This document shows positions 34,710-42,986 of a DNA stretch of 44,643 bases, piece after piece; positions within the stretch are counted from its first letter, which is position 1; the number at the start of each line of letters is the position of its first letter. Source of the stretch: an uncultured Janthinobacterium sp. (GTDB lineage Bacteria; Vulcanimicrobiota; Vulcanimicrobiia; Vulcanimicrobiales; Vulcanimicrobiaceae). The position numbers were made by a program, and so were the translations under genes. The notes beneath the pieces were generated by a model. It did no database searches. It was given only the letters and a program-made list of their open reading frames with translations, and had not been told where the DNA came from. The stretch is from NCBI GenBank assembly GCA_964658025.1, contig CAZZXB010000005.1, positions 1 through 44,643 of the forward strand, in the 5' to 3' direction.

Positions 34710-37700
34710 GCATCACCGCGCTCTTCGTCAAACGACCCACGCTCGTCACGGTGCTCATCGCGCTCGTGCTCCTCGCCGGGACGCTCTCGGCGTTCGCGCT
34801 CGTGAAGCAACAGTTCCCGAATTACGACGTTCCGACCGTGCAGGTACTCGTGACGTATCCGGGCGCGTCGACGACGGAGCTGCGCGACGCGATCGTGCGC
34901 CCGCTCGAAGATCAGATCGCGGGCGCGCCCGATCTCCAAACGATCGAGACGGCGATCCAACCGGGGCAGGCCTCGCTCGTCGTGCGCTTCACGCTCGGTT
35001 CCGACGTCAACAGCGATCTCGTGCAGACGCAGGGTCGCGTGCAGAATGCCCAGCGGAGTCTTCCGAGCGATCTCCAGACGCCGACCGTCTCGATCTACGA
35101 TCCCGCGCAGGCCGTCGTCGTCTCGCTCGTCGCGAGTTCGACGACGCTGGCGCCCGGCGCGCTCTCGTCGCTCGTCACGAACAAGGTCGTCCCGGCGCTC
35201 GAACAGGTTCCCGGCGTCTCGTACGTCGTCTCGAACGGCGCGGTGACGCCGTCGATCCAAGTCGCCGCGGACCCGCGCGCGCTCTCCGCGCGGAGCCTCA
35301 CGCTCACCGACATCACCTCCGCGATCTCGAGCAACAACGTCCGCGCGCCGGGCGGGATCGCGTACGGTCGCGATCGCGAGACGAACATCGATATCCGCGG
35401 CGACATCACGGATCCGCTCTCGGTGTCGTCGCTCTTACTCACCGGCGGCGCGTCGTCGAGTGGGAGCACCCTCGGCACGGACGTCTTCTCCACGCAGAAT
35501 CGGTACTTCCGCATCGGCGACGTCGCGAACGTTACGGATACGTTCGAGCCGCAGCGCGTCTACGCGTACACGCACGGGCGTCCGTCGATCGCGCTCGACG
35601 TGCAGAAGGCGAGCGGGACGAGCGAGGTGACCGCGTCGCAGGCCGTGCTCGCCGCGCTCCCGGCGCTCCGGTCGCAGTATCCGAACATCGCGTTCGACGT
35701 GCTCAACGTCCAGGCGACGTACACGCAGGAGCAACTCTCGGGCGTCGTGCGGACGCTCGTCGAGGGGATCGTCTTCACGGGCATCGTGATGCTGTTCTTC
35801 CTGCGCTCGTGGCGCAACGCGGTCGTCGTGATGATCGCGATTCCGACGTCGCTCCTCGTCACGCTCGCCGCGATGCATCTCGCGAACTTCACGATCGACA
35901 CCGTCTCGCTGCTCGCCATGACGCTCATCATCGGGATCCTCGTCGACGACTCGATCGTCGTGCTCGAGAACATCGAACGCCACGCGGCGGACGGAGAAGA
36001 AGCCCAAGCGGCGGCGATCCGCGGACGGACGGAGATCGGCATCGCGGCGATCGTCATCACGCTCGTCGACGTCGTCGTCTTTCTCCCGATCTCGTTCTTG
36101 CCGGGGACGGTCGGACTGTTCTTGCGCGAGTTCGGACTCGTCGTCACGGTCGCGACGCTGACGTCGCTCTTCGTTTCGTTCACCGTCACGCCGGCGCTTG
36201 CGGGACGCTGGTCGCTCTTCTCGACCTGGCGTCCGTGGGGGATCGTCGATCGGTTCACCGCGTTCTTCGAACGCGTGCGCGAATGGTACGTCGCGCGCGC
36301 GCTCGCGTGGGCGCTCCGGCGTCCGCTGGTCGTGATCGGCGGCTCCGCGATCTTACTCGTGCTCGCGTTCGCGCTCATCCCGCTCGGTGTCGTCGGGTTC
36401 GAATACATCCCGCCCGTCCTCCGCGGCGAGGTGTACGTCACGGTGCAGTATCCCAACGGCACGCCGCTCGAAACGACGCGTAAGGGGATCCTCGCGGTCG
36501 AGCGCGTCGTGAACGAAGATCCGGGCGTGCAATCGGAGACGGCGCTCGCGGGCGCGTCCGAAGGGAATCTGCCGGGCTACGTCAACTCGGCGACGACGGG
36601 GCAGCTCCACGTGTTCCTCACGTCGGGCGCGGCGCGTTCGACGGCCGCGTGGAGCGCGAAGATCTCGACGAAGGCGCGCGACGCCGTTCCGGGCGCGACC
36701 GTCGTCGCGATCCCCGCGACGAACACGGAAGGCAACGTCCAGCAACCGATCGACGAAGTCGTCACGTCGACGGGCACGAAAGATCCCGACGCGTACGCGC
36801 AAACCGTGCAGGACGCGCTGGCGAACACGCCCGGTGCCGTCGACGTCACGACGTCCTCGACCGGACTCTCGCCGCAGGTCGACGTCGAGTTCGATCGCGA
36901 GCGCGCCCGCGCGCTCGGCGTCTCGATCGGAACCGCATCGACGACGATCCGCGCGGCGTTCGGCGGCGTGATCGCGACTCAATTCACCGGGACCGACGGG
37001 CTCAAGGACGTCCAGGTCATCTATCCGCAGGCCGATCAGACGAATCTCGCCGCGATCGCCGCGATCCCGATCCGCACGAGCGGCGGGAGCACGATCCACG
37101 TCGGCGACGTGGCGAAGCTCACGAACGCGCCGGCCCCGCCGATCATCGCGCGCATCAATCGTCGGAGCGTCGTCTACGTCGGCGCGAACGTCGCCGACGG
37201 CTCGCAGCTCTCGAACGTCCAGAACGCGTTCAACCGCCGCCTCGCGCGCCTGCATCTCCCGTCCGACATCACGGTGACGCCCGTCGTCGGCGGCAACCAG
37301 CAGAACGTGAGCGACACGATCGTCGGGATGAGCGTCTCGCTCGTGCTCTCGATCGCGCTCGTCTACCTGCTCATGGTCGCGCTCTACGATAGTTACCGGA
37401 CGCCGTTCGTCATCATGTTCAGCGTCCCGGTCGCCGTCGTCGGCGCGCTCGGCGCGCTCGCGCTCACGCATCAGACGCTCAACCTGTTCTCGTTCATCGG
37501 GTCGGTCTTACTGATCGGACTCGTCTCGAAGAACGGGATCCTGCTCGTGGATTTCGCCAACCGTTTGCGCCGCGAGGGACGCGACAAGCGCGAGGCCGTG
37601 ATCGAGAGCGCGCGCGAACGGTTCCGTCCGATCGTGATGACGACGCTCGCGATGATCGCGGGCATGCTCCCGCTCGCGCTCGCGCTCGATCCGGGTTCGG

Positions 37701-37894
37701 AAGCGGAGCGCTCGCTCGGAACCGTCGTGATCGGCGGCCTCTTGAGTTCGCTGCTCCTGACGTTACTGCTCGTGCCGATCGTCTACTTACGCTTCGCACC
37801 ACCGCCCCGCGCGGCCGAAGCCCCGGAGCCGCGGCGCGACGATCGCCGCCTGCCGAATCGCCCGTTACCGACGACGACGGGCGCGACGAAGTAG
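34706..37894 (+). CDS. RND efflux permease (AcrB/MdtC-like, HAE1-type); 1062 aa
   Basis: 'MSITALFVKRPTLVTVLIALVLLAG', 'LLAMTLIIGILVDDSIVVLENIERH' and 'LIGLVSKNGILLVDFANRLRREG'. The ATG at 34706 overlaps the upstream RND stop (ATGA). The track ORF from 34613 is over-extended. Confidence 0.93.
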   Translation: MSITALFVKRPTLVTVLIALVLLAGTLSAFALVKQQFPNYDVPTVQVLVTYPGASTTELRDAIVRPLEDQIAGAPDLQTIETAIQPGQASLVVRFTLGSDVNSDLVQTQGRVQNAQRSLPSDLQTPTVSIYDPAQAVVVSLVASSTTLAPGALSSLVTNKVVPALEQVPGVSYVVSNGAVTPSIQVAADPRALSARSLTLTDITSAISSNNVRAPGGIAYGRDRETNIDIRGDITDPLSVSSLLLTGGASSSGSTLGTDVFSTQNRYFRIGDVANVTDTFEPQRVYAYTHGRPSIALDVQKASGTSEVTASQAVLAALPALRSQYPNIAFDVLNVQATYTQEQLSGVVRTLVEGIVFTGIVMLFFLRSWRNAVVVMIAIPTSLLVTLAAMHLANFTIDTVSLLAMTLIIGILVDDSIVVLENIERHAADGEEAQAAAIRGRTEIGIAAIVITLVDVVVFLPISFLPGTVGLFLREFGLVVTVATLTSLFVSFTVTPALAGRWSLFSTWRPWGIVDRFTAFFERVREWYVARALAWALRRPLVVIGGSAILLVLAFALIPLGVVGFEYIPPVLRGEVYVTVQYPNGTPLETTRKGILAVERVVNEDPGVQSETALAGASEGNLPGYVNSATTGQLHVFLTSGAARSTAAWSAKISTKARDAVPGATVVAIPATNTEGNVQQPIDEVVTSTGTKDPDAYAQTVQDALANTPGAVDVTTSSTGLSPQVDVEFDRERARALGVSIGTASTTIRAAFGGVIATQFTGTDGLKDVQVIYPQADQTNLAAIAAIPIRTSGGSTIHVGDVAKLTNAPAPPIIARINRRSVVYVGANVADGSQLSNVQNAFNRRLARLHLPSDITVTPVVGGNQQNVSDTIVGMSVSLVLSIALVYLLMVALYDSYRTPFVIMFSVPVAVVGALGALALTHQTLNLFSFIGSVLLIGLVSKNGILLVDFANRLRREGRDKREAVIESARERFRPIVMTTLAMIAGMLPLALALDPGSEAERSLGTVVIGGLLSSLLLTLLLVPIVYLRFAPPPRAAEAPEPRRDDRRLPNRPLPTTTGATK

Positions 37895-38059
37895 GGCGAG
37901 GGCGACGTCCGGTTACCGCCACGTGTCCGCGCGCGACGATCCCGGCGAGCGTAGCGGACGTGGTCCGCGGCGCGCCGTCGACCGGCGATCTCTGGGCCGC
38001 GTCGAGTCGCGCGGCGAGGCTCGCGGAATCATCTCTCGCGCCGGCGAACGCGCTCCGCC

Positions 38060-38246
38060 ATGCGGGAATCTATCGTCAAGGAGTTCGATGCCGAGACCTA
38101 TCTCATGTGGGAATCGCGTCAGCGCGAGCGCTTCGAACTCCATTACGTGGTTCACGACGGTTTCCGAACGCGAGTCGATCCCACTCGGCAACGGCGCGCT
38201 AACGCTCGACGCCGTATACGCTCGCACGTCGCTCGCCGCTCCGTAA
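38060..38246 (+). pseudogene. Possible decayed remnant of a Uma2/DUF820-like gene (very tentative)
   Basis: 'FDAETYLMWESRQRERFELHYVVHDG' resembles Uma2-family N-termini. After an apparent frameshift, the adjacent frame ends '...ESIPLGNGALTLDAVYARTSLAAP', which resembles a C-terminus of that family. The whole region is far too short for an intact gene. Confidence 0.22.
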
Positions 38247-38249
38247 CAC

Positions 38250-38726
38250 GTGACGGAGAGTGAATCGCGTCCGCCCGTGCCGCCGTTCGGCCGAGAAGCG
38301 GCGGCGGAGAAGGCGCGCAAAGCGGAGGACGCGTGGAACACCCGCGATCCCGAGCGCGTGTCGCTCGCGTACACGGAAGACAGCGTGTGGCGTAATCGCT
38401 CGGAATTCTTTTCGGGTCGCGCGGCGATCGTCGCGTTCTTACGCCGTAAGTGGTCGGTCGAGTCGGAGTATCGCTTGATCAAAGAGGTCTGGGCGTTTAC
38501 GGACGATCGGATCGCCGTGCGTTTCGTCTACGAATTTCGCGACGCGGCGGGCGCGTGGTTCCGCGCGCACGGCAACGAGCAGTGGGAGTTCGACGAACGC
38601 GGTCTCATGCGCAGGAGAGAAGCCTCGATCAACGACGTGCCGATCGCGGAGACCGAACGCCGATTCCGATGGCCGCTCGGCCCGCGTCCGCCGGAGCATC
38701 CGGGCCTCAGCGAACTCGGCCTGTAG
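38250..38726 (+). CDS. DUF1348 family protein (NTF2/SnoaL-like fold)
   Basis: '[76 protein letters not shown]...[25 protein letters not shown]' closely matches the conserved DUF1348 core as I remember it. Confidence 0.88.
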   Translation: MTESESRPPVPPFGREAAAEKARKAEDAWNTRDPERVSLAYTEDSVWRNRSEFFSGRAAIVAFLRRKWSVESEYRLIKEVWAFTDDRIAVRFVYEFRDAAGAWFRAHGNEQWEFDERGLMRRREASINDVPIAETERRFRWPLGPRPPEHPGLSELGL

Positions 38727-38782
38727 CCGCCCGAATCGGGACGTGCGTCGTCACGACGCCGTTCGCGTCGACGACGCGAGCC

Positions 38783-39226
38783 TCAGTATTCCTTGCCCGC
38801 GCCGCGCGCCGGGATCGACGTCGGGACGCCGGGCGTTCCGACGTACGTGATGATCAAGACCGTGGGTAACGCGCCCGTGACGCCGCGATGGACGCCGTCG
38901 ACCGTCTCGCCGAAGGCTTGCCCCGCGCGGAACGTCTTTCGCCTTCCGGATCGGCCGTCTTCGAGCGTGATCGCGCCGGAGGCGACGTAGCCGACCTCCT
39001 GAAACGGGTGCGTGTGCCACGGCAACGCCGTGTGCGGCGGGATCGTCAGCCGCAGCGTCGTCAACTGCGGCCGACCCGTCGGGTAATGCGTGTAGGCGGA
39101 ACCGTTCCACGCGCCCGTCGCCTTCAAGAGAACTTGCTTCGCGGCCGGCGCGGTCGTCTGCGCGGCGGCGGTACCGCAGGCGACCGCGGTCAGGATGCAG
39201 GCGGCGAACGTGCGCGTTGCGATCAT
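38783..39226 (-). CDS. Secreted cupin-domain protein (147 aa)
   Basis: Signal peptide 'MIATRTFAACILTAVACGTAAAQ'. Cupin motif 'PPHTALPWHTHPFQEVGYVASGAITLE...GETVDGVH'. The start is set at the ATG at 39226; the track ORF to 39763 is an Arg-rich extension. Confidence 0.8.
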   Translation of the reverse strand: MIATRTFAACILTAVACGTAAAQTTAPAAKQVLLKATGAWNGSAYTHYPTGRPQLTTLRLTIPPHTALPWHTHPFQEVGYVASGAITLEDGRSGRRKTFRAGQAFGETVDGVHRGVTGALPTVLIITYVGTPGVPTSIPARGAGKEY

Positions 39227-39348
39227 CACGGCCACGCTTTTATGCCTCGCGACGGCGTTCCCGCCGAGAACGACGATGCTCGCGGCGCGAGAGCCGCCCG
39301 GACCCAAAACGCGCGCGAGACCGCAGCGCGAACGTCGAGGTCGGCGCG

Positions 39349-39723
39349 CTAACGTTTCGTTTCGTGAAGCCAGACGGTGTTGCCGTCGGGATCTCTGACG
39401 CTCGCGATGCGGCAGGCCGCGAGATCGAACGGGGGCACCGTCTCGATGCCGTGAGTTTTCAAGCGCTCGAGAAAGGCGTCGAGATCGGAAACCTCGAGCG
39501 CGAACGATTGCGCGGTTCCCGCTTTGCCGACTTGTTCGAACGTGCCGATTCCGAACGTGCCGCCGCCGACTTCGTATTCCGTCCACGCGTCGTTCGCCAC
39601 GGAGCCGTTCGGAAGGCCGAGGACGTCGCCGTAGAACGCGCGCGATCGCGCGACGTCCGTCACCGGATACATGGTGAACGCGATGTGTTCGATGGCCACG
39701 GCACCCTCCAAACGCGCGACCAT
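39349..39723 (-). CDS. VOC family protein (glyoxalase / bleomycin-resistance fold), 124 aa
   Basis: 'IEHIAFTMYPVTDVARSRAFYGDVLGL' and '...IASVRDPDGNTVWLHE' are typical VOC beta-alpha-beta-beta-beta modules. The start is set at the ATG at 39723; the track ORF to 40359 is over-extended. Confidence 0.85.
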   Translation of the reverse strand: MVARLEGAVAIEHIAFTMYPVTDVARSRAFYGDVLGLPNGSVANDAWTEYEVGGGTFGIGTFEQVGKAGTAQSFALEVSDLDAFLERLKTHGIETVPPFDLAACRIASVRDPDGNTVWLHETKR

Positions 39724-39837
39724 TTCGCGCTGGTTCGAGAGAATCGACGTTACCGTCGAGCACCCTGCCGCGGCGCCGATATGCGAGCGAACCCGAGGCG
39801 AGAGTAGGGATCGGGCTCGCGGACGAAATGCCCGCGC

Positions 39838-41286
39838 ATGACGTCCCGATATCGCTCCCTCGCGCTCGCGCTCGCCGCGGGCGTCCTCGTCGTCCCGCTC
39901 GATTCGCACGCGGCGGAAGCGCCCGTCTACGCGCCGAGCACGCTCGCCGCGTTGCCCGCGATCGTCCGTGCGGCGCGGGCGAGCGACTACGCGTACCGTC
40001 AAGACGAATATCTCAGCGACGCGATCGGCGCGCGCCTGAGCGGGTCGCCGCAGGCCGAACTCGGCGTCCGGTACGTCGCGGCGAAGATGCGCGACCTCGG
40101 GCTCGCCGTGCGGCTGGAGAAGGTCATGGTACCGCATTGGGTTCGCGGCGCCGAAACCGCCGAAGCGACCGATTGGCCCGGCCATAGCGGTTCCATCGTG
40201 CAGAAGCTCGCGATCACGGCGCTCGGCGGTAGCGTCGCGACGCCGGCCGGCGGCATCACGGCGCCCGTCGTCGTCGTGCACGATTACAAAGAACTCGACG
40301 CGCTCGGCGCGAGCGTGCGCGGCAAGATCGTCCTCTACGACGTCGTGTTCGACAAACACTTGGCGGCGGCGGGACTCGGCGGTGACGCGTACGGCGATAT
40401 CGTCGGCTATCGGGGACGCGGTCCGAGCGCGGCCGCGAAGTACGGCGCCGTCGCGACGCTGATCCGCTCGCTCGGAAGCGCCGATTATCGGTTACCGCAT
40501 ACCGGGCTCACGGGCTACAAGGCGGGCGTTCCGAAGATCCCCGCGGGCGCGCTCGCGACCGAGGACGCCGATCTCATCGCGCGTCTCTCCGAACGCGGTC
40601 CGGTGACCGTCCACCTCACGCTCACGCCGCAAACGCTCCCCGACGCGCCGAGCGAGAACGTCGTCGCCGACCTGCGCGGTTCGACCGATCCCGACAAGAT
40701 CGTCATCGTCTCGGGCCATCTCGATTCGTGGGATCTCGGCACGGGCGCGACGGACGACGGCGCGGGCGTCGCGGAGGCGATGGGCGCGATGTCGGTGCTG
40801 CACGATCTCGGCCTCCGTCCGCGCGCGACGATCCGTTTCGTCGCGTGGATGAACGAAGAGAACGGCGTCCGCGGGGGCAACGCCTACGCCGTCGACGAGA
40901 AAAGTTCGCTGCCGAACCATATCGCCGCGATCGAGTCGGACTCGGGCGCCGATACGCCGGACGGCATCTCGACGTCGCTCTCGAACGCGAGCGAACCGTT
41001 CCTCGAGCCGATCGCCGAAGCGCTCGTCGCGAATTCGAGCCCGCATCTCACGTATCAGGGCGGTTCGGAGACCGACATCGGGCCGATCGTGAAGCTCGGC
41101 GTCCCCGCGTTCGCGCCGGAGCAGAACAGCCCGACGTACTTCGCTTACCACCACACGGCGGCCGACACGTTCGATAAAGTCAGCGAGACCGGGATCGCCG
41201 CGAACGTCGCGGTCCTCGCGACGCTCGCGTACGGGCTCGCGGACGCGATCCGTTCGCCCGCGCGCGAGGCGTACACGGGCGAATAA
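39838..41286 (+). CDS. Secreted M28-family metallopeptidase (aminopeptidase) with a PA-like insert
   Basis: Signal peptide 'MTSRYRSLALALAAGVLVVPLDSHAAEA'. Zinc-ligand region 'IVIVSGHLDSWDLGTGATDDGAGVAEAM', 'FVAWMNEENGVRG' and 'YHHTAADTFDKV'. Confidence 0.88.
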   Translation: MTSRYRSLALALAAGVLVVPLDSHAAEAPVYAPSTLAALPAIVRAARASDYAYRQDEYLSDAIGARLSGSPQAELGVRYVAAKMRDLGLAVRLEKVMVPHWVRGAETAEATDWPGHSGSIVQKLAITALGGSVATPAGGITAPVVVVHDYKELDALGASVRGKIVLYDVVFDKHLAAAGLGGDAYGDIVGYRGRGPSAAAKYGAVATLIRSLGSADYRLPHTGLTGYKAGVPKIPAGALATEDADLIARLSERGPVTVHLTLTPQTLPDAPSENVVADLRGSTDPDKIVIVSGHLDSWDLGTGATDDGAGVAEAMGAMSVLHDLGLRPRATIRFVAWMNEENGVRGGNAYAVDEKSSLPNHIAAIESDSGADTPDGISTSLSNASEPFLEPIAEALVANSSPHLTYQGGSETDIGPIVKLGVPAFAPEQNSPTYFAYHHTAADTFDKVSETGIAANVAVLATLAYGLADAIRSPAREAYTGE

Positions 41287-41296
41287 CCCGGGCGCG

Positions 41297-42286
41297 CTAC
41301 GCGCGTCGGCGACGCTCCGCGTCGGCCGCCCACAGATGCATCACCGCATACGCCCGCCACGGTCGCCAGGCTTCGGCGATCCGTAGCGCGTCGCGTTCGC
41401 TCGGCCGACGGCCGTCGCGCGCGAGCGCGCGGAGCACGCCGATGTCGGCGGCCGGAAACGCGTCGGGCTCGCCGAGCGCGCGCATCGCGACGTACTGCGC
41501 CGTCCACTCGCCGATGCCGGGTAGCGCGCGCAGGCGGGCGACCGATCGCGCGAGATCGGCCGCGGGTTCGAAGAGCGTCGGGTCGGCGATCGCGGCGCGC
41601 GCGACGTGGCGGACGGCCTCGGCGCGCACGGGGGGCATGCCGATCGACGCGACGTCGGATTCGGCGAGCGTTTCCGGAAGCGGAAACGCGTGGGTAAGGG
41701 GACTTCCCGGTGCGAGCAGCGTCGCCGGAAGCGGTTCGCCGAAGCGCCGCACGATGGCGCCCGCGAGGCGAGACCCCGCGGCGACCGTCACCTGTTGTCC
41801 GAGCACCGCGCGCACCGCGAGTTCGTATCCGTCCCACGCGCCCGGCATGCGCAATCCCGGGCGTAGCGCGACGAACGCCGCGAGCACCGGATCGCGCGCG
41901 AACCGCGCCTCGATCGTCGCGATATCGGCGTCGAGATCGAGCATCCGACGCACGCGCGCGACGAACGCGTCGCCCGGTCGGCCATCGGCGTCGCCGCGCT
42001 TCGGCCCGACCATCGCTTCGCCCGTGCGGGCGTCACGAAGGTCCGGACCCGAGCGGACGGAGAGGACGAAGGCGTCGTGCCGTCCGAGCGCGCGCCCGAT
42101 CGCGATCGTCGCCGGGCCGCGGCTCGTGCGGATCGAGCGGACGTAGCGCCCGTCGCCGTCGATCCCGTCGACGCCCGGGATCGCGTGCTCGGCGAACCAC
42201 GTCCGGCTCCTCTCCCAATCGAAGGCGCCGCGAAACGCGAGCGCGAGCTCCGGCGTCGCGCGGGTCGGCACGACCGCATCCTCCAT
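41297..42286 (-). CDS. alkA: DNA-3-methyladenine glycosylase II (AlkA-type: AlkA_N + HhH-GPD)
   Basis: 'PGAWDGYELAVRAVLGQQVTVAAGSRLAGAIVRRFG' and the HhH-GPD 'LRALPGIGEWTAQYVAMRALGEPDAFPAADIGVLRAL' with the catalytic Asp context. The start is set at the ATG at 42286 (329 aa). The track ORF to 43252 is an artefactual extension. Confidence 0.88.
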   Translation of the reverse strand: MEDAVVPTRATPELALAFRGAFDWERSRTWFAEHAIPGVDGIDGDGRYVRSIRTSRGPATIAIGRALGRHDAFVLSVRSGPDLRDARTGEAMVGPKRGDADGRPGDAFVARVRRMLDLDADIATIEARFARDPVLAAFVALRPGLRMPGAWDGYELAVRAVLGQQVTVAAGSRLAGAIVRRFGEPLPATLLAPGSPLTHAFPLPETLAESDVASIGMPPVRAEAVRHVARAAIADPTLFEPAADLARSVARLRALPGIGEWTAQYVAMRALGEPDAFPAADIGVLRALARDGRRPSERDALRIAEAWRPWRAYAVMHLWAADAERRRRA

Positions 42287-42442
42287 CGTCGCGTTCGTTT
42301 CGCGCCCGGCGCTCGGTCGCCGCTCCGTCGCGTCCGCGGACGACGCCGGTCCGTCTCGCGACGGGCGGCGCCGCTCGCGTCCCCGGTTCCGGCCGGGCGA
42401 CCGGGTACGACCGGTACGAACCGATCTCGGCTTGGAGGATTC

Positions 42443-42913
42443 ATGATCGCATCCGGTCTCGTCGCCGGCGCCGCGGGCGTCGCGGCGCTCGACGTCTATT
42501 CGTATCTCGACATGCTCGTGCGGGCGCGGCCCGCGAGCGAACTGCCGTCGACGGTCGTGAAGGAACTCGCCGAACGCGGCGGGCTCGCCGCCCTCGCCTC
42601 GGGCGAAGGCGACGCGCCGAAGAATCGCCGGAGCGGTGCGGGCGCCCTGCTCGGCTACGGCGTCGGCCTCGGTTCGGGCATCGTCTACGCCGCGATCCGC
42701 CCGGCGTTCCGCGACCGGCTCCCCTGGCCCGTGGCGGGTGCGATCCTCGGCGCGGCGACGCTCGTGCTGAGCGAAGGTTCGGCGACGGCGCTCGGCGCGA
42801 CGGATTGGTCGACGTGGACGTTGTCGGAATGGGTCTCCGACGTCGTCCCACGAACGCTGTACGGGCTCGCGGTCGCGCTCGTCGTCGAAAAGCTCGCGGA
42901 CGGCGATCTCTGA
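42443..42913 (+). CDS. Hypothetical membrane protein (156 aa, about 4 hydrophobic segments)
   Basis: The ATG at 42443 is preceded by GGAGGA at 42434-42439. Hydrophobic segments include 'IASGLVAGAAGVAALDVY', 'GALLGYGVGLGSGIVYAAI', 'VAGAILGAATLVL' and 'LYGLAVALVVEKL'. No family recognised. Confidence 0.6.
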   Translation: MIASGLVAGAAGVAALDVYSYLDMLVRARPASELPSTVVKELAERGGLAALASGEGDAPKNRRSGAGALLGYGVGLGSGIVYAAIRPAFRDRLPWPVAGAILGAATLVLSEGSATALGATDWSTWTLSEWVSDVVPRTLYGLAVALVVEKLADGDL

Positions 42914-42986
42914 CCGTTTCTCGGATTCCTCACAGAGAGTTCCGGGATGATGAAAGTCGTACGACCCGCGGTCGATAAGGTGATTG

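Noticed and set aside
42287-42442. A direct repeat, GGTACGA-CC-GGTACGA, in the alkA/membrane-protein divergent promoter region, considered as a regulator binding site.
   Set aside because: There are only two 7-nt copies, no adjacent regulator gene, and no way to test significance without comparative data. It is too weak to report as a feature.
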